Shown: one piece after another, positions 12,301 to 27,300 of the stretch
Position numbering within the stretch: position 1 is the stretch's first letter
Layout: every line of letters begins with the position of its first letter
Source of the DNA: Podarcis tiliguerta
Lineage: Eukaryota
DNA: 64,000 nucleotides
Assembly (NCBI GenBank): GCA_965153285.1
Contig: OZ229119.1
Strand: one strand, 5' to 3'
Position numbers and translations under genes: made by a program
The notes under the pieces: model-generated
The model's input: only the letters and a program-made list of their open reading frames with translations
What the model was told of the DNA's origin: nothing
The model's database searches: none

Positions 12301-15300
12301 TTCTAAATTTCCATCTTGGATCTGCTTTTCATTTTGAAGAATGGAATTGGGTCCCAGTTACACATATTTATGTGTAATGAAAATGAACTTACCAGGAACT
12401 AGAATAGTGTGAGGTTGCTTGCTGGTAGGAGGAGCCTTACAAGAAGGACAATGCTGAAAAGGTCAGTTTCCAGCAAGACCTGTTCAGATCTCATTTGAAA
12501 TGGCCAGGGCCTGATTTGGGAAAGCGTGCAGGGACAAGGGGTTACCAACATGATACCATCACAGTAACGCTTCTGGGTGAGCCCTTCCTTGAAGTAAACC
12601 TGCCCAGGGTCCCAAAAGACTTCCGGATTGTGATGTTGAACTCGTACAAGAGCAGGTCACCAGGATAAATTGTGGGAGAGAGAGCCAAAATGGACATTTG
12701 GGGCAGGCAAGGTGTGCTAGGCTTGGGACAAGAAAACTGATTCAACTCCCTTTGTTGCTGAAGTCAGGGCACATTAGTGAATGCCATCCTGCAGAGTAGG
12801 GTATCATCCACCTGCTGCTGCTGCCACTGACACACAGGCTGGTACAAAGCCAAGCATCTTGCCAGACACTCCCCCCTTCATCTTACTGCTTCAGCAGAAG
12901 GGAACAACAACAGCAACCAGAGACAAGCAGCTCGGTACCACCCCGCCAACATATGCATATTTAAAAATGCTTCTGCCTTGGGAATGGCGTCACTAACCAG
13001 AATTTACAAGACTCATTAACCTCTTGGCTGAGTTACCAGCTCTCAGTGTGTTCCCCAAAACTATTAAGTGGTCAAAAGTATTTACTTTCAGATCTCAGCT
13101 GAGAAGGCCGTTAAGTACTGCAGAAAAAAATTAGATCTACATAATTACTGAACTCTCCTCTAGAGGTCTCCACTCAGCTGCTGATCAAATCTCACCATGA
13201 TCAATGTAGAATACTATCACTGACATGTGACTGGACACTTGCTTGTCTTAAAAAGCAGAAACTGCACTACATCTAAAAGAGATTTATCATGGGATATCAG
13301 GAAAATTCTACCTGCTCAATGTTATATTTCTTTGAATCAGCAGGTGTCTTCCTCATATATGCAGAATGGTTGAGGGAACTGGCTATGTTTAGACTAAGAT
13401 GAGATAGGATGGCCATATTAAAATATTTAAAGAGCTGTCACATGGAAGATTGAAGATATGGTCATTCCATATCAAGGGGTCCAATTTTTTACCTCATGCC
13501 ATCCAATTTTCTTAATATTTTGTACACTTGTTGAATTATCAAAACTAAGTTTAAATCTAAAATTTATCTCACCCCAGGTTTTTTTAGTTATGAGAGTTTG
13601 AAATTTCAAAAAATTGACAATTTTGGCCTTTATGGATTTAAGAAAAATATCATTGACTTAAGATACACTTTTGATCAACTGGGCAACATTAATTAATGTT
13701 GCAGCTGAATCAAGTTTAGAACACTAACTCAGCAGCAAATGCTTGCAGATCTCCAGCATGAAACTGAGAAAGATGGGACACTGAGCAACCTGGGCATCCT
13801 TCACACTTACCCAGTGCAGACCTCAACACAGAATTTCCAGTGAAAGGTGGTGTTCCAATTCCCAAAGAGTCCACAAAAGAATTGAGTAACTTCAGGTATT
13901 CCAAAGCATTAGAGAATTCACTACAAGCACAAGCAGAAATCAGACTTTTACCAGTAAAGACAATGCAACACATTTCTACAGTGCATCAGTTTAACGTGTG
14001 CAACTTAGCATACTTAGTAAGGTAAGGTAAAGGACTTCTGGACAGGTATGTCCAGTCAAAGGTGACTATGGGGTTGCAGTGCCCATCTAGCTTGCAGGCC
14101 AAAGGAGCCGGCATTTGTCTACACACAGCTTTCTAGGTCATGTTGCCAGCGTGACTAAACCGCTTCTGGTGCAACAGAACACTGTGACAGAAACCAGAGC
14201 GCACAAAAACACCATTTACCTTCTACGTTTATCAACTTACACTGGCGTGCTTTCAAACTGCTAGGTTGGCAGGAGCTGGGACAGAGCAACGGAAGCTCAT
14301 CCCGTCGCAGGGATTCAAACCCCCAACCTTCTGATCGGCAAAGCTCAATAGACTCAGCTATTCTTAGTAAGAGTGCCTGGTTACCAGCTCTCTCCTTGCT
14401 CTGCAAATTGCTATTATTCAAGTTCTGTTGGGGAACTTTCTTTTATCATGGAACTCTCAACAATCCAGCAGCATACTAAGCACTTCTCTGTGCTTCTGTC
14501 TCCAAAACAGAAATAATTTACTGATGAACCTTGTTGAGCTTGAGTGTTGCCCTTAAAACTGCATGCTCCACCTGAACTAATCCATTATCTGCAATTCAGT
14601 TGCAAATTGCTAGGAGAAACTGCCCTTTGCCACATAGGCAATAGGTATGGCAGATGAATTTGATTCAAGTGTCTGCATTATGTCATGACTTTTATTCTGT
14701 TGGCCCTGCCACATTGCTCCTAACCAAATAGATGAAATCTGTGCTGCTACCCTTCATCCCACCTGTTCAGCTACAGGAACGGACAGAGCAGGCAGTCAGA
14801 ATCGGCTACTCGACCTGAGAAAAAATGCCAATAGGGTAGGGACAGAACTGCAGCTTACCAGGGCTCTTCATCATCATGTCCTGCAGCCCCCTTTGGAACC
14901 TGAGGTTTCACAAGGGATTCAACAGCTCTCTCCAGGAGGTTCTCACAGAATGCCTGGTGCACCTGTGCAATGGGATCAGCTGTATATGAAAAAACAATCA
15001 GCTTTATTTCCTTTTCTCAATAAATTACAAAAGATTCAGGGCTGCTTCCCTAGTAATACGCAGGTATCCCTCAAAAATAATCAGGTGCAAATCCTTGCCA
15101 TGTTATGCAATATTTGAAATATTGTACTAGGACCTGGGATCAAAACCCCACTTGGGCATGAAGCTCACTGGGCGACCTTAGGCCAGTCACCAACTCTCAG
15201 CTTAACAAACCTCACAGGGTTGCTGTGAGAATACCACATTGAGCTGGCTGGCATATAAATGAAATAATAAATAAAAATCTGTTTGGGCAGAGAAAGTCTT

Positions 15301-18300
15301 TGCAGAAAGAACTCCACCATTTGGGAAACTGTCCATTTGATTGCTCAGTCAATGTTCCACAATTTCTTACAGCACCAAAAGCTTTCAAGCAAGAATTGAC
15401 TAGAGAGAGTGAGCATACACATGCATAATGCTGTCCCATAACTTGGATGGCAGACTTAGGGCAATGCATTCATAAGCCTGCTGGGTCTCACCTGGGTTCC
15501 TCTGAGTGCAATATAGACTCTCCTTGGCAGCTGTTTTCACTGTCCAGTTCCGCTCCACAAAAAACTTTTGCCCCAATGGGTGACACAACCAACGCAAAGA
15601 GTCAGGGATGGCACTGCGCTCAGAACTACACAAGCTCTGGGCTTGACTTAAGAAATAACTCTGGTAAGAAAGAAAAAGTGTCATGGTAAGATATGGTGCT
15701 GAAGGAAAGCTATGCATGCTTCTGACTCAAGGATAGTAATTCTGTGTAAAGTTAATTATACAGATCAACTTAAAAGCCACTTCCATTCACATGCAAAACC
15801 GTAGTCAGTTGAAATATGCCACAATACATACTTGTTCTAAATTCTGATGGGAGGCTTGAAAGAGATTTACTCACCGCCAGGAAGCCCAGCTTGCCACCAC
15901 AGCGGGTCTTCAAGCCAACTGCAGCAGTCAGGTGAATTTCTGCCAGTGTGCTTGGTGAAATCTTCTCTTCTGCACATTCAGCCAGATTCACAGCACACAG
16001 AGCCATGTGCAATCCTGAGTAGGCAGAGCTGGATGGTAGCTTACCTGCATCAGAAACCAGAGGACAAAGAGTCATCTCCTTTAAAATAATTTACAGAGGG
16101 GCAGCCAAGATAGACTCTTGCACCAAAGACAGTCATGCAGAAGCTCAAATACAGCTGTATGGAGGGGTATTTCCTTGGAATATTTTCTTCCTGAATCTTC
16201 TAACATTCAGCATCACTGGACAAATTAATTATGTCACAAGATTTTGAGGGCTGCAGTCTACTTCACCAGATGCATCGAGTACTATCCTGAGTTGAAAGTA
16301 CATACATACATCACTTTTTTAAACTCATGCCATGTGAGACTTTTCCTGTACAATTCCTCACATGGCTTGATCTGGGAAAGCCCTTTGAGCTACTGAGATT
16401 CTGTTACATTCAAACCTTAAAATGCAATAATGTCCTGCCTTGCAAAGCCTTGGTTTATATCTATCTACAATCTTATCTTTATAAGATTGTAGATAGATAT
16501 AAACCAAGGCTTTATAAGATTGTAACTTTGGGAATCAACCAAACAAATCTCAAGCTATGTATATCACGCTCTTTCATACAGGCCAAATAGAAGATCATCC
16601 TTCATTTCACTACCTGAATCATCTCAGCTGGTTATACTATTGATTTTCAGGTAAGAATAAATCTAACAAGACACACACACCGCAAAGAAGAGTACGGCAC
16701 TACTTGTATCATCAAGCTAGAATGAAGCACTCTCTGCAGACTTAGGTTTTTTAAATGTTCTATTGAACACAGACAAAGTACATAGATAAGTCTAGGTCAT
16801 CACACTAGACACTCACAGAAGCGGCCACTTTCTCCCTTTTCCACTTACCTGTGATATGGAGCTGATGGAGCTTATGATAGGCTAGAGCTGCATCACGCGC
16901 ACTAGTTTTGGCTTCATCCTCAAAACCTGCAGGGGCTTCTGTTGCTCGTCTCTGCCGAGATGTCCTCTTTAGCAACCAACGCACCAACCCCAATTTCTGG
17001 AGACTGTAGCGGATAACGTTCCAGGACAGGCCGCAGGCCAAGTCTAAACGAGAGGCAGGCAGTGCTCGGCCCAGGGCAGACAGACAAGTCTGTAAGTTTG
17101 ATGCAGCAGCAGTAAAATCTTCCTGCAGGCACAGAACAAAAACAGAAAAGCTGAAGGTGCAGCAAAGACGTGTGAGAGTCCAGTGACTTCAGAGACTCTC
17201 GGAGATGGCATGTGGAAACTTGCACAATCAAGCATAATCACTTTTAGCCTAGCCTTTAAAGATGCAGCATCTTTGACCCTAAGGCTGCATTTTTGGTCTC
17301 TTCTATTTATCTCCACTTAAATCTATTTCTACATTTATTTATGTAATACTGCTTGATGAGAAAATCTCTAAGCGGTTTACAAAAAAGCAGTTTTGCCAAC
17401 CAACAGTAGCTTTCAAACTGCCTTTTTTCTCTATCTTATTCAAATATGCTAACAGTATATAAAGAAAGATTGAAATAGTAACTGATGTTCTGAAATACTT
17501 TTATTGGAGATATTACCTTAAACCTTCAGGCATATTAAGCAAATCTGTGACAATCTGGCCACTTTTACAATTAGCTTCAGTTGCAAAATTCAAATTTACC
17601 CCAGGCCCATGGCAAAAACAAAGATTGCTTTACACAGCTAAAGCTGAGGGTGGCAATTCAAACATATTTTATTGGGGTTTTCTGAAAGGAGAAAAGTGGA
17701 GAACTAAAGAGCTCCAGAGTCCTTTACCATACAAGTGTTTCAGAAGTAGGACAAATGCTTGCAATCCCAAGTGCACAAGCCTCTCTGGAGAGTTGATCTG
17801 CAATTTGAGGTGCTGCCTGTTCAGTACTGCTCCAGAAGACAAACTGGGAAAGAAACAAAATTTGTTTTCTGAAGCAGGAACTTGACCTACCTTAGCTAAA
17901 TCCAGGTCTGCTTGTTTCCTATGCCGCCAGAAAGTAACCGATGACCGGGAGTGCAGTCGAGTCACTGGCTCTCCATGTACTAGGAGTTTTATGAACACAC
18001 TCAGGACAATAACACCGTTCACAAGCCACAGGATCAGAGTGGGCATCATCCAGCCAAACCAGCCACCAGAGCCTACAGGGAAAGATGCCAGAAGAGATAT
18101 GAAGGGGGGCCAGAGGGGAGATAGATGAGGTAACATCTTAAAATAACAAGACTGGGATGAATTTTAATTATGTAAAAAAGCTGTGCATATAAGGAGGTGG
18201 GGGCTCAGGCAATTTGGCTCTGAGTCCCAAATAAACTGCACTGCTAAAGTTGGGATCACAGATTTGTGTGTGTGTTACATATATATAATATGTTCAAAAA

Positions 18301-21300
18301 ATGCAACACAATCTGTATTGGCTCTACAAATGCTGAATTTTACTCAAATAGATAAAAATTATTTCACAGTGTAGCTAGACTATATGATTCTTGTAAGAAT
18401 CCCATTTAATAACTCCCATGTCCTGCAGAAGTGCTATGAGGATGGGGTTTTAAAATGACCTAGTAAAACTCAGAACAGATGAAGGCTGCAACCCTATACA
18501 AGTTTTCTTAGGAGCGAGTTTCCCTGAACACAATGCAGCTTACTTCCCAGTAAACATGCAAAGGAGTGCCCTGCACAATTCTTTAGAGAATATCCTAACA
18601 AGGGTCAAATCATTACTTTAATATACAGTGCAGGGGTTTCTCAGTATCCAACCAATGGAGTGGCCAGTGTTGATATATGAATGTATGGTGTAAATGTTTT
18701 GATGTAAGCAACCTCGAGTATGGTTTAACTATGGAAAGGGGGCATACAAATAAATAACATCCTTTAATTAAAAAAAAAAAATTAAAGCAAATAAATAGCA
18801 CCCCTTTTCCCCAGTGTCACTACTACGGTCTGTGTTCAGCTACTGTATATGTGATCCTTAAAGAACTCCAAACACCAAACAAGCAGCATGGAGAAGTATA
18901 CTGAAAGACTGGATTTCTGACAGTACCTGAGTTTATTGACAGAATACTCCTCCCTGAGCCATGATGTACAGAACCATCAGAGTCAGCTGTCCTTTGGCCC
19001 TCTAGGAGGGATGTTAGAGGGTTGAAGGAGAGACAGAGGAACGTAAGAGCACAAAGCAGCATCCGTGAGCGGTCAACCATTCCAAGAGCAGCAGCTGGAG
19101 AGTCAGGTTCATCTTTAACCTAGACCACAGTGGTAGAGGATGATTTGTTAGAGAGCAAGAGAACTGTGAAACAGTGAAGATAATTAATTGTTCCCGGCCT
19201 ACTGAGAATGTATAATAATTGACTGATGTTCACAATTTATCACAGCATTTCAAACATGGCTATAAGAACAATCTCCGCTATCATGCCTCAACATGTTTCT
19301 GAGTGTGCTGAATCAGGAGAGCTAGTGTTATTGTTGCAGCCAATCAATTTATATCTATATATTGTGCACAACATTTCTTCTTCCTATTCTCACTCCTGTT
19401 AAGAGGCAAGAGACGAAGGGGAGACAGCAGAGTTACGTCAACCTTTTTATTAAAAGACCTGTGGGACGAAATATTGTATTATTAGGCTTTGGGTACAGGA
19501 CTTCACACAATGACAGCCTAAACTAGCCAGGGATGATAATGTCATGGAACTGATTAACCTTTGTATTCCGAGTCACATCTTCCTCTAGAACCATAGTTCA
19601 TTACAGCCTTTAATGCCAAACACAAGATCTCCAGCTCAACCAGCACACATCACCCATGCCTACAAGTAGCATGCAACCCTGATGCACGCTTCCCTCTGTA
19701 GAATGTTTTAGGGTGTTGACTACCTTTGCATCATCCAGCAGTGGGCTTCCTGGTTCTGAATCAATAGAATAAGGGGAAAAGCCTGCTTGTGACCCTGTGT
19801 CAGAGGCTGGAGGAGACATCAACAGAGCATTTTGGTTGAAGTCATCCATCTTCAGATCCACATCATTGTCCACCAAACTGCTTAGGTCAAACCCCTTCAA
19901 CAGCTCTGAAAAGACCAGAGATTGCAAAGATTAACTACTCACATTCACAATTCAGTTTTCTTTCACCTTCATGCTTTCCCTAGCTTAACCTGCCCACACA
20001 AAACTGGGCAACCAATAATATACGTCATCAAACGTATATCAAAGTAGGAGGTCAAAGGCACTTAAAGAGCCACCCAACACTTACTGTTTTTCTGATTAGC
20101 AAGCTTCAGGACCATGTTCTCTTGACGCAGCTTATGGTTAACCTGCTGTAGGTACTTAATGTAGTCAATGGCCTTTCTCAGTACACCTGATTTGTGCATC
20201 TGCAAATAATGTGCATACATTAAAGAGAATGAACAATAATTTTTAGCAATAATGCCACCAAATGCTCTTTCAGCACAAGCTTCTACACTAAAGCTGTAAT
20301 GATTTTCCTAATCACAGGGAAGAATACGAAATGGATTCAAATCAAATACATTTAGCATCTATCATGGGAGACCAAAACTCCGTATTGACTGAGCAAAGAC
20401 TCATAATCTCAGTAAGAAGCAGAGAATCTAGGCGTATTAATACCACAAGATATCTTTTTATCTTTTTTATTTACGTCTCGCCATGTTTAGTGCATATATA
20501 ATTATGTATTTTTCTAACTTTCAAATAAAAAAAATAAAAAAGGAGCAGAGAATATGACTTGCAAGCATATTGTCAACTGGGTTTGAAATCACAGCAGTCT
20601 TTTTGCTTTCAGCCACAAAGCAACTCATACCTTTGCATCTGTTCCCATGACTAGGTCCTTCAATTCTATGATCTTGTCATTTATAGATGATCGGTACCGC
20701 TTCTCAATTATATTATGGGTTGTCCGCCTCTCTCCTTCCTTTGGTGGTTCTGGTTGCTTGGCACCACCAGGCACCTGCTTGATGGGCATCTTCTCCTGCC
20801 CTCCCATCACCATGGGCATTGTGGTCAAGATGGTACCATTGCCACCAACTAAAGTCTTTTAAAAAGACAACAGTGACCCGGTTAAAGATTAATTTGTTCG
20901 GTGGGTTGGGAGCTAGGGCCTCTGTGTTATGGTGGTTCTGCTCCTACTTGCCGTTGCTACGTGAGATCAACTCTGGGGGACTCCTGCTTGGCCCCTTGGC
21001 ATTTGGTCCATTCTGTCCCTCATGCTGTTCACTATCTATAGGAAGCCCCAGGGAGCGTCATCCAGGGATTTGGGACATAGTGCTGTCAGTATGCTGACAA
21101 GAGTCAGTTCATACCTCTCCATCCATCTGAATCAAAAGAGGTTGTGCAGATGTTGGATAGATGCTTGAAGGTACTACGAGTGTTTCCCAAGTCCAGGAAA
21201 TAGAGAGGCATGTTCTGGATGGGACTGCACTCTCTCCCGAAGGAATTGATATGCAGCTTAGGGGTTCTCCTCAATTTGAAGCTGCCACTAGAGATACAGG

Positions 21301-24300
21301 TGATCTGAGTGTGCTCTCAGTGGTGAGGGTAGCCTATGCCCAATTCCAGCCTGTTTTCCAGCAGCAGCCATTACTGGGCCAGGATAGCCTAAGCGCAAGT
21401 ATCCATGCTCTAATAACTTCATGACCTGATTACAGCAAAGAACTCCACATGGAGTTACTCTTGAAGAAGCTGCAGCTGGTGCAGGCTGTAGATGCTCACT
21501 TGTTAAATGGTCCCTTTTGCCTCTCCCACTTAATAGATTCTTAAAACACTATACTGGCTGGCAAGAGGGAGAAGGTGCATATTTGGGAAGGGAAGGCAAG
21601 ATGCCCTACAGTACCTGCAAGGCTGTTGTCTGAATAGGTGTGGTCAGTGCTGTGAGGGCTGGATTCTGAACAGCAGTCATAACAGGGCTGCCATCAGCTT
21701 TCAATGTTGTTAAGACAAGAGAATCAGTCTTGATTATTTGTGGCTGGACAAGGACCTAGAAGGAGAAGAGGCAGATAAACGGTTTGGCACAACACAAACC
21801 TCAATACTGCAAACACTGCACAAGTGGGCAACCTTTTTTATAACAGATTTCTGTGGGACTGCATGGAGTTCCAGTATGCAAGTTTCAAAAAATATCTAAC
21901 AACTGCTTCAATGTATGTTCACCCCATGCTCCTTCCTGCAAATGCCAAAGGCCAATAAGAACTTGCCAATGAGCCAACCTGTTGGGTGTATGGAAGACCC
22001 TGAATATAGTAAGAACTGTGCTGTCAGTATGGAGTCTGACTGCCATTGAAGACAATTTGATCCTTCTGTACGAAGAACAAGTTCTAACCCTTGTAGTTAT
22101 GAAGGCAGTTCTAAAACGTGTTGTATCCAACTACTAAAAGCTTTCAGCAGTGAAACAAGGAATACTCTATTGTCTCTGATTATTTTCCCTTCCATTTAAC
22201 AATACTACAGCTGGCACATTACTAAATATTAAACCCCAATATGCTATAGATACAGCTCTACATCTAGTAGTTTGGAAAAGTTGGCTATCCCTCCCCCCCA
22301 CAAAAAACCCTCTCCAAAGTCTCTATTAACCTTCTTCCGATATTGGACCACTGCTGCCCATTTTTATATGGCTAAGCTATCCTACAATTCAGTCCATCAG
22401 TGATCTAAGCCTAAGGAACTTCACTGCTGAGGATACTTTGGTCTCCAAGCAGTGAAGCCACTTCCTGACTTTGAACAGAAAGGAAACCACCTGCATAAAT
22501 ATACATGCCTCGGAAGTGCAGAAAACGAAACCTTCTCGCATAATATTACAACATAAAACTACTCACTGGAACCTGCTGGACTTGAGGGGCAGCTACTGCC
22601 TGGACTGTGGCCGGGGTCAGTGTTTGGATGGTGCCGTTGGCTGTTTGTGTCAATACCCTCTGAGCTTGCATCGTTTGCACTTGCTGCTGGATAGTGATTG
22701 GTTGAACTTGGGAGGAAGTCACCAGGCTCTGAACCTGGGGTTGCAGCACTAAAAGGAAAACAAGAGCAATCTGAGAAACTGCCTGAATGAGCTGATGCTG
22801 ACGGAAGACTACAGCTTTCATTATGATGCTAAGCTGCAATCCATGACCTCTCAGGAATGGCCAGTGTTCAGTCAGCTATTGGGGGGGGGGGTTTCTCCTG
22901 GTTCCTCTTCCTAGCAGCATTAGACCCAGCAAAGCAATCTATGAAGAATTTAAAAACCAGCAGCAAATATTGAAGTCAGGAAAACAGATAAAGAAAGATT
23001 GTCTAGCTCTAGTCACATTTATCTGGACCAGCTCCCTTTAAAAAAACCCAAAAAACCAGCAAGTCCACATGGCTCAGAGGAGCTTCCCATATTCCTAGCA
23101 TGTGTTTCCTAGTTGTTGTTTTTTCTAAGGGTAGTTTCAGAGAATGTCTCTTGTACAAGCCTTCCCATGTATTGGGGAGATCAGACATACCCCTACTAAG
23201 AGCACAGGCATTGCCTCAAATAAGGCTGGGTGGCACAAGAGTCAGAGCATTTTTGAGGGTGTTGGTCTTCAAGAAGTTAGTTAAGATGATTCTGTTACAG
23301 TGACTAGACAGAAGTCTTACTGAAGTTTTTCTCACTGAAGATTTCTACAGCTGCTAGGAGTTTAAGTTTTTCTATTCTAGTTTGTGATGTTTTAAACATA
23401 CAGTATAAACTTAGATCAAGACATGCCCTTCTGTGGCTACTGCTAAGAAAGGGGAGGAAGGGAGAGTCAATATTTGCCAGTTCCCCTCCCCCCCCCCGTA
23501 CCCCTCAGTACAACATCCTCTGCTGTACCAGGAGTCTCCCAACCCTCCAGAGAATATTTCCATGGGACTCAAGGGTCTGCAAGGGAAAGGAGGAACTGGC
23601 AAAAATTACCACAGAGCATCCCTCAAGCTGAGTTCTACATATGTAAAGTCTGAACCCAATACATCATAAAAGAAGGTTAGAAAACAGTAGATTCTATACA
23701 ATCAGAAGAAATGAAGATTTGGATACTGGAGAGACAGCCAAGAATGAGAAACTGTCATGCTCTTAGAGAAGAGTACAGGAACCATTCATAAGCCTTCTTC
23801 AGTTGTCAAAAATCTAGGAAAGTAAACAGTGGGGACAAGAGCCCTACTTCCCCCTTGACCCTCTCATTGTTTGACAACCTCCAACTCACAAGTGACTATA
23901 AAAGGCACAGAGGCCTTTTATACTCATGGAGCCCCCCCCCCCTTTATTTTAGAGCCCTGAAATTTGAGTGGGGCCCTGATGGTGGAGCTAGCCCACTTGC
24001 CCCTACTGCCTCCCCCATATGTTAGCTTTCTTTATTTCCAACACCTGGGGAGAGTTAAGAGTGATAAAGGAGCATGACGTATTGTGTAATTGTACGTAAC
24101 TTTGCAGTGATACCATTCACAGAGTTCCTTTTGAGTGCTACCTATGCTTTACTGCACAATATTTAAGGCCACTCCCCAACTCCTGGTCTTGGTCTCCAAT
24201 GCCCTTCTTCACCCCAAATGCCAAGCTTCTCTAATTTGCCTGTGAGATCCTAGAAAACGTGCACCTATTTAGAAACATTTCAAACATTAATAGAAACTTC

Positions 24301-27300
24301 TCACAGATATGAAATCAGGAATGGTGGCTGTAAATGCTCCTCTGATACCTTTTGCTCTGCTGGAAGATTAGGGCAAGACATTTAAGACAACGTAGGACTA
24401 CTTGTTACTACAAAGACTTTGCAAGTTACCTTGAAAACTTGTGGCTGCGTTTTGGTATATTACAGGCTGCTGAATGAACCGGGTCTGGGGAGCAGAGCTG
24501 AAAGCTGGAGTAATCATCACAGTCTGCTGCTGGAGCTGAGGCTGAACCTGGGGACGAGGCTGAAGAGCAGGTGCCGTCCGCTGTGGAACAGGTGTTGCGG
24601 CGGTTGTCTGAGACACCTTCACTTGCACAGTCTGAAGCTGGGGAGAAGCTGCGCCAGGAGAGAAGGTCTGTAGCTGCCCCTGGCTGTAGGGCCTCTGTGA
24701 CGAGGGATCTGAGGTTCCACCACCATTACATACGCTGTTGCTCTGGAAGGAGCCACACAACTGTTCAGAAAACAGATCTGGAAATTCTCCAGCTTGGTTG
24801 CTGACGAACTGGAGCATCTCTATAAAAAAATAAATTAAAAAGAAAGGAAAACAGTGAAATGATATGCTGGACCATTGATACTATGGAGACTGATGAAAGC
24901 ATCACCAGATGTAATCCCAGGAACAAAATATATACTGTGCACATTTGTTTGTTTGATATGTGAACAAATTCCCTCCTGAATAAATCAGGTCCTTGGCTTG
25001 GGGATACTTTTACATCGAGTCTTATAGTCGGACACCCAAATGATGCCTGTGGCCCAAAGCATATTTTGTTAGCTTTGGTTGTCGGCCAGCATCAGCTGTT
25101 CCTGACCAAACCAAACCTTCCCATAATGCTTTGGTCACATTCCCATTATTACTGCAATGAGCTATATGTTTGGCTGTATTAACATGGCTGTCTGGTTGTT
25201 AACCTGGGCTTGAAAATTTGATCATATTCAATCCAGTGCTTAAAAGCAGATGCCAAAACTACAAGTGACATCAGCAGAAGTGGCCAGATAAGGAGGCCCT
25301 ACCCTGCATGAGACTGGTAAAAAACCAATTTCCTCCAAGATAGCCCAGAGATTTAGAAGCAGAGTAACAGCTGGAACATCTGAAAGCAAAACCTTAGGAC
25401 ATCTTTGCTCTTCCATTGTAACTCTTTGTATTTTAAATATATAGCTTTAAGCTTTAGTTAGCAGGCAGAGCATAAATATGCCAAATAACCAAGACCTCCA
25501 CCAGCTACCATTCAAACCCAATGCAAAGTGCTTATTTTAAACTTTATAGCCTCAAGCAGTCTGAGGTCACAGTACTTGAAGCTCCTATAACATGGGTAGG
25601 CAAACTAAGGCCCGAGGGCCAGATCCGGCCCAATCGCCTTATAAATCTGGCCTGTGGATTGTCTGGGAATCAGCGTGTTTTTATGTGTCCTTTTATTTAA
25701 AATGCATCTCTGGGTTATTTGTGGGGCCTGCCTGGTGTTTTTACATGAGTATAATGTGTGCTTTTATTTAAAATGCATCTCTGGATTATTTGTGGGGCAT
25801 AGGAATTCGTTCTTTTTTTCCCCTTCAAAATATTGTCCGGCCCCCCACAAGGTCTGAGGGACAGTGGACCGGCCCCCTGCTAAAAAGTTTGCTGACCCCT
25901 GTCCTATATGAACAGAGGCCCCACTTCAGGATTCCCCCTAAATAAGTGGCATGCCTAGTTACTTGAAACAAAGCCTTGTCTGCTGTGACATACCCATACT
26001 TTGAAACTCTTCAATCACTCCAACCTAATGCTTTTTACATTTACATTTTTGCCTTTTACTTTCAGTCAAGCATTTGCCACCCAGTGATTAAGATTTGAAA
26101 TATATTGGGTTGTGTCCAGCTACATTTTACTCAGAGTCGACCCACTTAAACTGATGGACTGAACTCAGCCATTGATGCTAATTTCCATGAGTCTACTCTG
26201 AGTAGGACTAGTACTGTATGCAACCCATAATGTTATTTGTTCTTGATGCCTGGGTGGCATTTCTTGTTTTTGCTGCTATTTGAATTCTTCAGTTGTTTGC
26301 ATTCTATGTGTGCTGCTTTTATAATGTTGTTTGTTTTGTTATCTTGTATGCTGCCTTGAGAACCTGACAGGGTCAATAAATATAAATATTTTAAAGACAA
26401 ATATTTGGTCAACATGCCAGAGCCCATATAACAGTGGTATTTTAGCCTCAATAAAGCATAAGCCAGAGATATATTAAGTAATGATCTTAAGCATATATAT
26501 TTGGAAATAAGCCTCACGGAACTAAGGACTAAACTACATGCTCCACAGGACATCAGTATTTTCTTTTTTAATGAAATGCAGTCATGGTGGGGGGAGCACT
26601 GCTAAAATTTGATCACAGCAGTTGAACCCTTTCCCCCTCCCACCCCACCTTCTGCTATAAAACACACACACATCCGGTATTATTTGCTTCACGGTGGGAA
26701 GAAAAATGTGGTTAACTGTATTCTTTTCCTTCAATGGGCAGAACGGCAGCTTGCGGGGCAGGAGGGGGGAGGTGTTTATTGGGACAACAGCACTAGGGGT
26801 GGGCTCAATATCTGCTCTCCCCAGGAGGGCTGATCAACTGAGATTTCAATACAAAATAAGAATGTTGGACAACCCTGTGTAGCATGTGTAACATAACGGG
26901 AAAGCTAGGAGAGGGCTGTTTATGCCCTTCCTTGTGCAACTGCTGCACAACAGCCTTGTAAGGTAGGCCAGTTGCATCTTAACTATCCAGTAATCACTGC
27001 TGCCACCACTCCCACTTGTCACAGCCCCCAGATGGGACAGAATTCTGGGGTGCTCAAGGAAATATCCAAGACTCTAAGACAATGTGCCCTGTGCCTCCCA
27101 GCAATATCTCTTCTGGACAGTGGGGCTAGTATCAAACTGATTCTCCCAGCCTTAGATTTGGCATAGGCTGCTCTTTTCCCCATGAAACCAACTCTTTCAC
27201 CCTAGCAGCATATGAACTACAGCCAGGCAAGATTACCCAAACCTGAAGATCGGCAAACACACACTTCAGACCCCAACAGCCAAATTTGATTTTAATTAAG

